Assembly: GCF_964204645.1 (NCBI RefSeq)
Contig: NC_134035.1
Location: forward strand, 5,952,001-6,016,000
Length of the DNA: 64,000 nucleotides
Direction: 5' to 3'
DNA from: Tubulanus polymorphus
Lineage: Eukaryota; Animalia; Nemertea
Positions within the stretch are counted from its first letter, which is position 1; each line of letters begins with the position of its first letter. The position numbers and the translations under genes were made by a program. The notes below the pieces were generated by a model, which saw nothing but the letters and a program-made list of their open reading frames with translations, ran no database searches and had not been told where the DNA came from. Shown one piece after another: positions 26,665 through 40,087 of this stretch.

Positions 26665-26781
26665 GAGAACTATGAAATATATACGTCCGTGATACGTACA
26701 GATACCGACACCAATAACAAGAGTTAAGATGAGACGTTTCATTCCTTGTCATCTTACAGTAAAATGAATTACTCACATGAA

Positions 26782-26917
<136 letters not shown>

Positions 26918-28887
26918 CAGTCTGTGCAATTAGGTTTAGTGTAAATGTGCGTGAGATTATTACACGGTTTCAGACCGGAATTTGTCTGGCTATTCCAAAT
27001 GCGCGCATAGTAGTCATATATATAAGTGGCTTTATTCGGAGAGCAACGGAAAGAAGGTTTACCACCGAGTGACAAGCCTTGAGGAGCTGAATGTTTCAAC
27101 CTCGGTTGGCTATCACTTCCCCGGGCTACACTTAGAGAGATGCTATATGTACCGAAAGAGTGCATGATAATTTGGTCGGGGTTCCATGGACACTTCCGCA
27201 TGTGTACATATGGCTGTATCTGATTATATACACACTTCGGTAACAGAGGCGACGACTTCTCATGAGCTTAGATTTACGGCGCTTTCTATCGCGTTTGGAA
27301 ACCATTTCTCTGAACGTGATATTTGCGCGTATAACATGTTTTCTGTAGTCATGAGTAGTCCATTTAGCTAATATATCAACTGGACATTTTCCACCTGGAG
27401 AAATATAATGAATAAGGCAAGATATGCTGCCACTGTCTGTCTGGTGTGTCGGTCTATGTCTGTACGTCTGAGCCATTTCATTTCTAGATAGAAAAATACT
27501 TCCGGCGTATTACGAGTAACTAAACTTATCATCAGCATAAAATTGCGTTCAGAAACTACGTAGTTCAGTCATATTATCCGAACTCCCTTCTTGTTGAGTG
27601 GCTTCGAGACACGAAATTATCCTCATCTATCGTGTTTACCCTAGCGATAGATTTTTTTTCTCCGTTGAGAATGATCGACTGAAGTCTGTGCAAGCGGCGG
27701 CGGCGGCGGCGGCCAAGAGTTTCGTGTACGTAACTTTCCGAGAATATATTCATTATTTATTTTTACGCTCTCGCTAGGAATTTGATTCGCTGTGATTTTC
27801 GGTCGTTGATTAATAAGTAAAACTAAATCCGCGTCGACAATTCTGACAACAGACTAGATGATGGGTCGAGTCGGTGTGGTGACCCTCCGGGGTGAACAGT
27901 ATCAATCACTGTTGACTATATATCCTGTCTATGATATCAAGGGTTTCTTGAATAAAATTGTGATGATAGTCTTTAGACGAAACGTTGCTCGAAATATTTA
28001 TATTTGTGGGATTTCTCTCGAATATAATAACATCATAATGCCTGATTCGATGTGGTCCATTCTTATAGTGACTCCGATAGCCGCAAAGCTGCCATATCGT
28101 TGGTCGTAAGCCTTTATAATCGGATGGGCTTGAAAATATCCGAGCGTGAAACTAAACCACTGACTATAGGCTGGCATCAACGTAAACCCATGGGTTTACC
28201 CAATTGAAAATGAATGCAGTGATATGCCAATGTTGAAACAGCAAAAGGAAAAAAATTAGCTATTTGTCATCAAGAGGAAACAAAAACAAATGGTTTTGGT
28301 TTTGGTCTAAATAATGCGTACAAGCTGGCCTGACTTCGAATGTCGAAACCGTTCCGAGATCTCGGTCAGACCGGACGCTAAGATTAAGATCGGTATTGGG
28401 TGATGGTGTTTGTATTCGATACTGAATCTGGCGTGCAGCGCGCAGCGCGTCGGGTTATCCAATACTCTACCAATAATGACAGGCAATAACTGTTCGACTC
28501 CGGATAATTCTCACCTTTCCACTTTACTACCACTTCATGTGTCGTAAAACCGATTGATTGCCGGCGAACTTGAGAATGTTTAGACATCACTTCCGTATTG
28601 CATCGGGCCGACGAGACGAACGGAAAACCGTAATTTCGCACGTACACGCGTGACATAAAAAGTGCATAAAAAACCCCAAACACAGGTGCAGTTTAAAACG
28701 TGTTGAATATAGAAAACAACACGAGAAATTTGCATTCCATCATCGTTAGCTTATGTATTACAGCATTTACAATTGGTTCCCAACGCCTTGAAAAATTGAC
28801 TGACCTTCTTTTTCAGTATAATCATAAACGCGAGAAATCCCACAATAATGAAGCAAAAAATGCAAAGATCTTGAATAGAAATGTATA

Positions 28888-28939
28888 TGTATTTGAGCGA
28901 CGTTTCGGCTAAAAGCTTTTAGCCATCATCAGGCGTACT
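28888..28939 (-). ncRNA. Minimal type I hammerhead ribozyme (Penelope-associated type)
   Basis: GTACGC-CTGATGA-T-GGCTAAAAGCTTTTAGCC-GAAA-CGTC-GCTCAAATAC: intact core, perfect palindromic stem II, ACGT stem III, weak stem I. Confidence 0.72.
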
Positions 28940-29214
28940 GAATCAGAATGGATTGACGAGATATTTATACAGAAATGTAACAAAGGAACTAAGTGAGTGA
29001 TTAAAAGTTGTATACAGATAAAAGTGATTAAAAACAAAGATCGGATAACAATAGTTAAGAACGGAGTAAGTAATTGACAAACTAGGGGTAAAATTACAAG
29101 ATGAAGTAATTCAAACAGAAAGCCCTAAACATTAATCATATTCATTGCTCGCCGGTCTTAACAAAATTCGTTTATGATAAAAATAATTCGTTCTTGTATC
29201 TAATATCATTTTCC

Positions 29215-29465
29215 TGTGAATATCAGTTTGCTTTTCGAAAACACTATTCCTCCCGAGCATTCAAAGCTATTTCTCACAAAATTATTGAAAGTATGGATAA
29301 ACGTGAAATTACTGTTGGGATATTTTTAGATTTGTCAAAAGTCTTTGATTCAATAAGTTACGGACAGGAAAAGACAGTTGTTATTAATAAACATACCTCA
29401 TCCCTTATAGTTCAATCATTCTTGGAATGCCGCACGGGTCCCGTCTTAGAACCGTTTTTCTCCTC
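29215..29465 (+). mobile_element. Degenerate non-LTR reverse transcriptase fragment
   Basis: QFAFRKHYS...IIESMDKREITVGIFLDLSKVFDSI (RT motifs QxGFR, FLDLSKAFD) with internal deletions. Confidence 0.75.
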
Positions 29466-30243
29466 CGTGAACCGAGTGGCGATACGTTTCATGAAATGAA
29501 AAAGTCGCCGATTTTCATATCCGTGGTCTTACATCCGTTACTTTGGAATCCTATGAGCCAGATAAAAAAAAAAACATGTTCAGTGTCTTTACGTACAGGA
29601 GTTAGGCCACGATCGGATTTGACGCGTTTTGACGGATATTTCTATGTTGTTTTGACGGCTTAAAAAAGAAAAAGTCATGCTTTGGATAATTCATTTTGAC
29701 AGTATGGGGCGGCTATATGTATATACGTACTATTAGAAGTGGCTTGAAAATCGTTTGTAAACGCAGATTCCCCTAAAAATGAATTTAGCTGCCCCTATTT
29801 ATAACGATCGGATATATCTGTGAACTAAAACATTTTCTTATTACGCACAATACAATACAATACGGACATTACTTTGAACCCGTCCTGGAATCATTCAATG
29901 ATATTTTCATATAGTTTTAGGTAACTATTCTAGTTTTTAACAAAACAATCACATGCCTATCTTTTTATACAGTGGCAGAAAAAAATTAATTCATTAACAT
30001 TTTTGAATGATCATTCATCAAAAATATTTAATTAATTTCCACTTCTTTCTTCGAGAATTTTCTCGGAATCCGGGCGCGCAGAGGTATAACGTTTTTTTTG
30101 GCACAAATGGATATCAAATTCCCCAAAACTAGATTGCTACAAAAACCTAAATACTGAATTTACCATGACACCAGCCTTAATGGATTTTTCGCTACCAAAA
30201 CTGTATAGAACCAAAATTTGTAAATCTAGGATAAGTAATCATA

Positions 30244-33206
30244 GTTGTAGTAGTAGTAGTAGTAGTATCCGTTTGGGACTCTGGTCTCTTAGACCTTGAC
30301 CTCTTCTAGCGTAAAAATTAATACTGCAGCTTTGGTTGGTGCGCAGTTTTGTATATTCGTAAATCGATGCTCTGTCCGCTTACTATTCCGTTTCCACTAG
30401 CGTTTTTTATAACACAATTCTAAAAGTTTCATAACACACGTAACATATATTCAGAGTTTAATCCTTATAGGAATACAGCTTCGGGTGCGTACTCCAATTG
30501 TCTGTCAAGCCTGACCTTAAAGCAATCCACCGGCGGTGCACTAACAACTTCTAACGGTAGCGAATTTCAGATCTGGATCGTTCGAAAGCTGAAAAAGCAT
30601 TTTCTACAGTTTAATTTTGCTCTTGACAGAAACAATTTAAATGGATGACCGCGAGTTCTAGTGGACAGTACCCTGGGTAGAAAGTTTGGTGGGGAGGGAC
30701 ATATACCATGTACATATTTATACGTGTTGATTGCATCACCCCTCATTCTTCTATAAGCCAGGGTTGGAAGTTTGTTTTAGGCGCTGTTCATAAGATAAAT
30801 TCTGTAATCGGGGAACCATCCTAGTCACTCTCCTTTGGACTACCTCAATAGCGTCAATATCCTTATGATACTGAAGGCCCATACTACCTTAGCATACTCT
30901 AATATCGGTCGAATTAGGGCCTTATGCAGAGGTATCAGTGTATCCTATTCTAGATAGACGTATGTGTTTTTAATGGCTGATAATGTTCTGTATGCTTTGT
31001 TCACTACATTTCGAACTTGTGATTCAAATATCAATTTATTGTCGACGTCTACCCCTAAGTCTCTCTCACGCTTGATTTCCTCCAAAAGTAAGTGGTTTCC
31101 ATCAGCATCAATCATGTGGTACCTATCCGGTGGGTTTCTACCTATTCTCATTACTTTGCATTTGGCCGTTTGAAATCCCAGCTGCCATTTGTCAGACCAT
31201 TCTGTCATTCTGTCAATATTTGCCTGTAAATTCCTACAGTCTTTGATTTTTTTGATGATGTTATATGCTTTAGTGTCATCTGCAAACATACCCACGCAAC
31301 AATCTAACACATCTGGCAAATCATTGATATAAATAACAAATAATATTGGACCCAAAACCGATCCTTTGGGTATGCCGCTAGTGACAGCCGCTGATGCTGA
31401 CGACTGACCGTTAATAATCACTTTTTGTTTTCCACCTGACAGAAAATTATTAACCCATAGACATACCTCGTCCGATAGCCCGTAACTATGCTTCTTTTTC
31501 AAAAGTCGTTGGTGTGGGACTCGGTCAAACGCCTTTGCAAAATCCGTACAAATGACGTCTACACTTTTTCCCGAGTCTAGGGCTGTTGTCCAGTTATTAA
31601 GTGTTTCCAGCAAGTTCGTCACGCAGTTTTTTCCTTTGACAAAACCATGCTGATGATGACTGATCAAACCATTGGTTTCTAAATGCTTCATGATCTGATC
31701 TCTTATGAAGCTTTCCATTACTTTTGAGCAGATCGATGTATAAGACTAACTGGTCTGTAGTTTACACCCTCGGCTCTATTTCCCTTTCCTTTGTATAATG
31801 GGGTCACGTTGGCTTCTTTCCAGTCATTTGGTACTGTTGTCTAAACTCTTGCGAAATATGAGTGTTAAGGGTTCCGCTATATAGTCGAAGCCACTTCCTT
31901 CAGCCAGTCTTGGATGCAGGTCATCTGGTCCCATACTCTTGAACACGTTTAAGTTTGATAGTTTTTTCCACTGCCTTGGTTGTAATTGAATGTGCTGGAA
32001 AGGTGCCAGAATCTGTCTTTTTGCGGTTCAGGGACGATTGTCAGGTTTTCTTATGTAAACGCTTTAACAAACTGATTATTTAGCAATTCTGCTTTCTCTA
32101 TCTCATTACTGACCTTAACCGATGTGCCTGGGATAAAGAGATCAGGTACAGATGACTTAGCTTTTGTTTTGGACTTGGCGTAAGCCCAAAAATCCTTCGG
32201 GTTAGTCTTAACTGATGTAGCCAATCCGTGCATTCATTCTTAACCTCTGTTCTGGTTTCCTTGTACTCCATATAATTCGCTCGCGACCTGTCGGCCTTGT
32301 ATTTCTTAAACAAACGACGTTTTGTCTTTACCTTGTGAATAATAGTTCTGGATAGCCACTTCGGTTTACTCTTATTATTTCGATTCCGTCGTTTCGGGGT
32401 ATACTTTTCGCTACATCGATGAAGGCATACCTTGAAAAATATCCAACTCCCGGCAACATCCAATTTTTGTATCCGATCTGTCATGTTGGCTTCTACAAGT
32501 TTTTTATTTATTGCGCTGTAGTCTGCAGAATCGTACATTAGCCTCACAGTATTAGCGCTTCTAGATGAGTTAGAAGAAAATGGAGTATTTATTTCGAACA
32601 GAAGAACATTGTGGTAGCTGGCAAATGGTCTATCTCCCCGATAATATTTTCGTCACTTACCAAAACTAGGTCTATGAGATTCTCTCTTTGTCCGTACATA
32701 TATCTTGTCGGTTCCTGTACCATCTGCTCTAGCAGATTATCCCTCATCACATCGAGGAACCTTGCTTCAATATGTGGGTGTTTATGAGTGGTTGATGTAT
32801 TGGACCAATCTATACCGTGGAAGTTGAAGTCACCCATTATATAATCGTTTTCTTACCTGATTTCATATTGCTATTTATTATCTCAAGTAGTTTCGCATCA
32901 TTTTGCTCAGAACTATTAGGGCTTCATATACAGCCTGAACGCAGCAGACCATTTTCTGTCCTTAGATCAAACCATAGGGACTCCTGAAAATACCGACAGG
33001 AATAACCGGAATTTCCTCTTTTATATACACACAAATACCCCTGCCTTCACAATCAATGTTGCTGTAGGGTATGTTGTGTCCATCTATCTTCAGATTTTCT
33101 GCTTGTAAACTATATATTGAGTGTTTTGGTTTCACCTCGGTTACAAAAATAATATCAGGGGCATGACGTATTGTGACAACTTTTAACTCGATAATCATTG
33201 TCATTT
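30244..33206 (-). mobile_element. CR1-type LINE, ORF2 (APE endonuclease + RT), frameshifted, 5'-truncated
   Basis: APE motifs DIIFVTE, MGDFNF, IDLVL; RT motifs QHGF, DFAKAFDRVPH, GIPKGSVLGPILF, FADDTK, ERDLGV; C-terminal FFSFR..NSLP..VVSA; (TAC)n 3' tail at 30244-30267. Confidence 0.95.
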
Positions 33207-33209
33207 GAT

Positions 33210-33300
33210 AAAGCGAGGGAAGATATACCAATTTGCCGATGTGCCAACACTGTAATGCCATTAAAAATGAGTTTAATTTCGTATTAGAATGCTCACGACA
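33210..33300 (+). mobile_element. C-terminal CCHC fragment of a second LINE (opposite orientation)
   Basis: ICPMCQHCNAIKNEFNFVLEC-like reading (frameshifted) resembles the C..C...EDEFHFVLEC motif; LINE-like tail with AATAAAG near 33710. Confidence 0.4.
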
Positions 33301-34639
33301 AAACGAAATTAGATATGACTTAAACAGAGCATTGAGTTATATATATCCAGAATGCTCCAAATTGGGACGACCAAACCGAATTCAAAAAGCTTCTCGCTGA
33401 TAAAAACTACATGGTCCAATTGGGGAATAGTTACCTAATCGTTGGTGGTAAGCCTTTTATAATCGGATGGGCATATACCAATATGTGGTTTGTGAAAATG
33501 CCCGATCGTGAAACTAAACCACAGGCAGGTTACTGGCTAATTGGGGAATACATCACTAAAGGCTTTGAAATCTTAGACTCTGATAGCTAACAAGAAACTG
33601 ATATTGTTCTTATTCTTATTTTCATATTAATGTAGAATGTTTATGGCTTGTAAATACTATTTTTAAATATCACTCTGTACATCTCGACCCGAAAGGGTGT
33701 AATTAGTACAATAAAGAGATTATTGAATTATTAGTTCACGTTTTCCCCGCTAAAGTTATACAGCGGGGCAGAACTAGACGGTCAAACGCGACTAGCTAAT
33801 TTACTCTGTTACTGTACCGGGCTAATATGATAAACATTGTTCATCCTATCAACGATAATGCTTCATCTAATGAGATTCTTTAAACTGATAGATACGTTAA
33901 AGCCACTTTTGGATAGAAATTCGCAATTTGTTGTATATACACGATACGGCAGCCGCCTTCTAGTGTCCGCGCGGGATGTGCGACAAATCTTTGCGCTATT
34001 TCTCTCTTCGGGGGCCACTGATGGGCGCCGCAATTCGAAATTGCGAGTTATTCGCCTCTCAGGGCAGGTTCTGGAAACCGAATGGTATTGAGTCAGTAGA
34101 AAATGAAAAGCCATTCACTAGATCGAGCTTAAACGGTGGCAAGTCAAGATGAAAAATCCAGACGAACAAAAGTTCTCATTTTGAATGCCTATCAACAACT
34201 TTATTTTATAATATATAAAGAAACTGAAGACTCTTTATGGGATTTTACAGAAAGAAATTTGTGTAGTATGTAAACATTGGAATATTTTGCATATATAGTA
34301 AAAAAACTATGGCCCCCCAATAACAACGGTTAAATACGCACATAAATACAATTCTTTTCTACAATATTGACATTTATACTGCTCAATTAGACAACTAATG
34401 TTTTTTGGAGGGAGGAATCAAGAAATGCAAATACTTTTCATCAAATTGAGCTAAGAGGGTGACAAGTCAAGATGATAGGGGAAATTCAAACCAACAAGTT
34501 TCATTCGGAATGAAATCAAACGATCCGCTCCATTTGTTCTGTTTTCTGACTGTAGTAGATCATTACACTCAGCGTTCCCGATATTCTGATCATATAAATG
34601 ATAGAAACTTACATTGAAGCCTACAAACACTTGATAACG

Positions 34640-36640
34640 GCTCAGTGACAAATGTAAGAGTAAATGCCGGTATGCTTACCTCCGGTCGAATTATTTAGGG
34701 ACAAACGACATAATTCGTCTAAACACACATCTCCGAATCTCTTGACCATTGCTTTCGTCATAAGCCTATTTTTCTTTTCATTCCACGGGTGTAATGTAAG
34801 TCTTGTCATAAACACATGTTTTCCGGGCCCCGGTGAATCCAGGAAGTAATTGTCACGACGTATTGATGAATTCACCTGCTTCTGAGATTGAGAGTTGATC
34901 CACCCATTTAGCTGAGGGACAATCGTAATGCGCCTTTCAATAGCTCTGAATCCTGTTGGCAGTTTCCCTCATGGAAACGGTCAAATAATACGTATTTGTT
35001 TGAGTTACCAGTAACAGGATGACTGGTACTGTGAACACCAGCCTTATTTCTCATGCATGGTAGATCACACTGTAATAGTTCATCCTTCGCCAATTTAATT
35101 GGCTGGTCATTGGCTGGTGCCAACCGTCCTTCATTTGGCTGAAACATGTTAGGCTGACGACTGTTTCCATGCATTGCTATTATAGGTGCCATGTCACATA
35201 AAACAATCGTTGGTTGATGTTTCACATTTAGTAGCACACGTAGCACATCAATGTGATCTCGTGGACTCTCACTGCGTAACAGGACTTTCATCCCATAAAC
35301 AATGTTATGAGGACACGTACCTAAAAGTAGGCCACCTAAAAACCAAGATTTTCATCTACAGTTATACGTTATGTGTCAAAAATATAATCTATTCTGGCGA
35401 TCTCAAGCATACACTTACCAGATGCACCCCCAAAGCTTTATGAATCTTTTTTTTCATCTCATGATTGCCAAATACTTTTTACTGAATGTTTCTGATGGAT
35501 TTTGTATACAAATAATCTAGATCACAGTCACAGTATCTGTTTTTATTTATGAAAAGGATTTTTACCTCTTTATCGTACATGAACTGCAACAGGTGTTCTG
35601 CAGTTAGGGCATGCTTCTCATACAGTGGTGTCTCTTCTATGAGGTAACATTTAACGAATTCGGTATTGTATATGCCATCCTGGCATCGTCTTTTCTAGAT
35701 TTCATAATCCAAGGTGCCCAGTTATCAAAGGACACGGACAAACCCTGCCGGTTGCTACCGAGAAAATGTTAAGACAGAGTTTGTTAGTCTGAGGCAATAG
35801 AAAAAAATGAATACCAATGACAGCACTGTTTCATACATCACATCTAGCAAATCTCTCACCTTTTAGAAATCCAGCTGACACAACGTCATCGCCGAGAGGA
35901 ATAAAAATTGTTACTCGCTAAAAATCAATAGAACACTTATCATATATCTTCCAATATTCAAAATTTCATTCAATGAAAGAAAGACCACATACCATTTAAT
36001 TTGAGAGAAACTTTTTTGCATACATCAAACGCCAAGATGTCCGGATAATCTCCACACTGTACGCACGAAACTATGATCGCATAGCGCTTCAAAGTGCAAA
36101 TATACATCTAGAACGTTCTGATGATTGACAGTAGCATCTTATGAGTCTTCAATCATAGATAGAAACTACTCGTCACCTTTGTTTTTGTATCATTTTCCAT
36201 GTCTCAACCTGTCTTGAATCTGTGTTATATAAATAGCTATGTGTAAAAACAAAGTCAGTCCAGTTTTGGCATTCCAAACTGATAGTTCGCTCGTTACTCT
36301 TTCGCTCTGCTCCGGATTTCCGACGTCGACCATTCTTCACGAATAGGACCGAAAAATACTTTGCTATGCGCCTCCGTTGTTTCGGGCTGGTGGTACCGGT
36401 ATGAAATATACCAGCTTGTTTTAGATACCATTGCGCAATGAATACAGTCTCTCGTGATCGAACAGCATTTACGCATTATTTATTTTTTCACAGGGTCATA
36501 GCGCACAATACATCTACCGAAACAAGCCCAGTATGGATAGTTTTATAGTACACAGACATAAAGACATTTATAGCGGTCACTCGGTCTCCATGTATAGAAA
36601 AACGGTGTTCCATTTTGCCGGGCAGTATCCTTCAATTGTA
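34640..36640 (-). pseudogene. Decayed multi-exon KDZ/Zisupton-type transposase (HMGXB3-like)
   Basis: Ordered motifs CIHCAM, SCVQCGDYPDILAFD, WAPWI..YNTEF, KLW(GAS)GGLLLGTCPHNIVYGMKVLLRSESPRD, VLCD, PNEGRLA, HPVTG..YVLFDRFHEGN, VPQLNGWINSQSQKQ, RRDNYFL; GT-AG intron 35418-35336; several frameshifts. Confidence 0.85.
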
Positions 36641-37712
36641 ACGCCGAATCTTTGCTAAATAGATTTATAACATGGCTGTTAAACAACTCTTCCAAATGAA
36701 TCATGTCAGAGCCCATCCGATTATATAAAAGCTACAACCAAAACGATGGCGTAACTAATCTTCTAGATATTATTAAGCCTCGATCACATCCGCCAAAAAG
36801 GGTTGTCAAAATGTTATAAAAGTTTAACACTAGGCAATTTTTGGGGTCCTTGCAGTTTGCTGGTGCAGAAAAGCGACCGGAGGAACAGGGCCGGTGTGTG
36901 TTTAAGCCGGCCAGGCAGTGTTTAGGACCTAAAACTACACAAAAAATTTCTATACGTTTTCAGTTAATGCAAATTGAAGTAAAATCACTAAGGCACTCTA
37001 TGGACAAAAAGCTAGGCACAATAGAGACATAAACTCTTGACTGTGAGCATCAAAAGTTAATGGTTTCGATTTCAATATGCCCATCCGTAGGATGCTGGCT
37101 GGTGACTATTAATTACGGGATTCGAACCGTCTTTGCACGCGGGTTTGACAGCTCTATCGAGAAGGATTAGTCACGGCTTTATATTTCGAATTTCACTGGA
37201 TTTATATCGAATCTAAGGTATCTTTTCTCACAAAAACAATTAATTCGATAAATATAAACATCATTCTAACTCGTATCAGGATTAGACTATGCCTTATTTC
37301 AGTTTTTAAGCGTCATAGCAAGAAGAAAGCGAAATTCTTGCATGCGCCATTTGGCATTGAGTGTGACGGGATTTGAGCCAGGCCTACTCGTAGTCTTAAT
37401 ACTACTACGATTACTATAACATACAAATAAGGCCTAATGAAATACCGATTGACTCTTTTATCAGATCGGAGAATCTGTTTGCTTCCAATCATACTCTTAT
37501 TATTGGCCGCGTGACCTTTTGGAGAGTCCGAAACCGCCATCGAGGTGGTGTGATTCGCATTTTGTGTGGAGGCTGGAGCCAACCGGAGGAGATTTCGGAT
37601 CGAAACGTCGGAGGTCTAAAAAATGAGTACATCCACAGTCAAAATGAGCTCAGTTATTCTGTGGCGGATCGGCTGATGGCAGTAACCAATGCCAGAAGCC
37701 CTCAAAGCGATT

Positions 37713-37898
37713 GGGGATCATTCATTTAGCCTATTAGGTAGGCCTACGCATAAGCCTAGGGGAGGGGGAGGGGTTTGTGCAATTGCGTATGGTACTGTAA
37801 TGCTTAATGTATATGAAAAATTGCCAATTTTGTGTATAGGGGGGGGGGGTTGGTCGAAAAAGTCATATTTCATGCATTCGTAATGATTGAATGATCCC
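37713..37898. mobile_element. MITE, Zator-like architecture
   Basis: GGGGATCATTCA / TGAATGATCCCT ends with G-run subterminal blocks. Confidence 0.55.
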
Positions 37899-38237
37899 TT
37901 TTACTGAATTTTCAAAATTTCCGTTCACTTTGGCTTGGATAATGGATGCCCTTAGATCAGGCAGGTGCCCTAAAATTTCTTACCAATACTGTCTAACCCG
38001 AACCATGGATCCACCCCTGAGCGCTCTTGGTCAGCACGCTTACCACTTAAGCTAACCAACTGGGTCACATTTGCTGTAGGCCCTACATCAATATTGTTTG
38101 TTATTATTTCTAGGAAGTGGCCGACTTTGCCAATACTGCATTAGCCTAAGATTATTCCTGTAAACACTATTTTGCCAATTGCTATACATAATAAGATAAC
38201 TGATAAAGATAACAATAAAATTACTTCATTAGGTTTA

Positions 38238-38322
38238 TAGGGTTAGGATCCCGAGGGTTAGGGTTCGGGTAAGGGTGAGGTTTAGGGTTTCATTTTCTAG
38301 GGATAGGGTAAGGATAAGGTTG
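38238..38322 (+). repeat. Degenerate TTAGGG-like tract
   Basis: GGGTTAGG, GGGTTAGGGTTCGGGTAAGGGTGAGGTTTAGGG. Confidence 0.7.
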
Positions 38323-38704
38323 AGTGCTATAGGCCTATGTAAGTAGTTAAAACATTCATTGGGATTCCAAGAACCTCACCATTAACCAAAATTTGAGCAA
38401 CTGGCCCTTGGCCAGGCGTTAGCCCTGCTCTGACTGTAAGTGACAGCGTCCGTATACTGTAGGCTTATCCGTATTTTTGGGAAGTTTTGAAGACGCTTCA
38501 TTGGATTTCATTGATATTGGGTTTAAACATGTATCTACTCCAAACATAGCAGCCCAAACATTGGCCCGGTCAGATTCAAGATGGCCGACTGCGGTCGTAT
38601 GCAATTGGCCGTCTCTTGTACATTGTCATTGAATTCTTGCCTAAAGCTTCCTAAAGGTCTCATTCTTGCCTGAAGCTTCCTAAAGACAGGTTTGATTTGG
38701 GAAG

Positions 38705-39258
38705 TGATCGGCTGGGATTTTCTTGAACCTGATGACATCACTGACTAGCCCGAATGCACAGGTACATGTGCAGGCTTGCCTCAGGAAAACATGTGGCACC
38801 AATCAGATCCCAGTGATGTTAAGCCGGGCGCAGACGAGCGTCGATTCAGATCGCCGTTCGCAGCAATCTGCAATCGCGTTCGACTTTCCGATGCTGGATA
38901 AGACCAGCGACTGTGTGCGCATACATGCGACTATCGAGAGCCGTATTAATGACGTGATACAAAAATGGCAGGCATCGGCGATGAATCCTTCGGGAGTCGC
39001 CATCTTTGTAGTACCGCCTGATGAAACAGAGGTCGCTGATTGACTGAAAAGTTATTGTCCTGTCGATTCGTTAGTTGCCGCACATGGGGCGATTGTTGAT
39101 TTCACTGCGACGTGTGATCAGTCGCAGTCGCACTTAAATCGCTCGTCCGCGCCAGGCTTTATGCAATAACATTCAGTGTATTCACACTCATCAGACAGGG
39201 TTTCGTGGCGCGGCGAGTCTCGATGGCATCAGGTTCGAATCCCTGCTGAAGGAGGATG
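38705..39258. mobile_element. MITE family B, diverged copy interrupted by a Harbinger-like MITE
   Basis: TGTGGCACCAATCAGAT internal motif at ~38792 and right TIR GGCATCAGGTTCGAATCCCTGCTGAAGGAGGATG. Confidence 0.75.
38822..39158. mobile_element. PIF/Harbinger-like MITE nested in family B copy
   Basis: AGCCGGGCGCAGACGAGCG / CGCTCGTCCGCGCCAGGCT; TTA on both sides. Confidence 0.8.
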
Positions 39259-39429
39259 AATGTTGTCGGACGGGGAATTGTATCGGTCACTTGTTACGCA
39301 ATCAGCGGTCATCTTAGTCCCGTCAGTCCTCTTTCATAGGGAAATATATTTTAGGTCAGCACTGTCGAAAGTATGCATCCCCCAGACTTAGGACTATCCC
39401 GTGGTATCACTAATTGTTTTAGGGCTCAG

Positions 39430-39567
39430 GGGCCAGTTGCACAGTCGTGACTTTAGTCCAAAAGTGGTCTTAAATTCTAAGACTGGTCTTAAGTTGTTAG
39501 ATTGGCTATAGAACTAAGTTGGTCTTAGACTGGTCTTAAGTCAAAGCCATGACTATGCAACCGGCCC
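39430..39567 (+). mobile_element. MITE family G (Harbinger-like, CWG target)
   Basis: GGGCCAGTTGCA / TGCAACCGGCCC; CAG on both sides. Confidence 0.85.
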
Positions 39568-39949
39568 CAGGTTGTTATCCGACAGACCATCACACATTAT
39601 AGAAGGCTCCAGTTGCTATGCAAATGAAATATCTATTGAAATCATAACAGTTTTAACATACAAGTTGAATTATTTATTTTACGCGCATTGATTTTACGAT
39701 AACTCGTTTCACTTCACTCAGTTGCCGCTGAGTTAAGTTTTCAGATTTGTATAAACTCAAGTACTTCATTGCTATCGTATCAACTAGGCTAGGAGCTGGA
39801 GGACTGTGTAACTTTCGAGGCTGCGATATTTCCGATAAACATTTTTAACCTCCTAGTGACGAATATATTTTAGAATGCAAAATCTCTCGATGCTTGACCT
39901 CTCTGTATCAATCATCATTTTTAAGATTCTGTGATAGACTCTGATCCTA

Positions 39950-40087
39950 GCGCCAGTTGCACAGTCGTGACTTAAATTCAAAAGTGGTCGTAAATCTTAA
40001 GACTGGTCTTGAGTTGTTAGATCGGCTATAGACCTCAGTTGGTCTTAGACTGGTCTTAAGTCAAAGCCATGACTATGTAACCAGCCC
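39950..40087 (+). mobile_element. MITE family G, second copy
   Basis: Near-identical to 39430-39567; CTA / CTG flanks. Confidence 0.85.

Noticed and set aside
33425-36760. Inverted ...TATAATCGGATGGGC blocks at ~33450 and ~36711 as TIRs of the KDZ element
   Set aside because: A third copy at ~28108 shows it is a dispersed repeat; no TSD
33775-37156. TAGACGGTCAAACGCG / CGCGGGTTTGACAGCTCTA as KDZ element termini
   Set aside because: Needs two gaps to align and has no flanking duplication
38238-38322. Interstitial telomere or fusion scar
   Set aside because: Short, highly degenerate, single orientation; such tracts are common inside non-autonomous elements
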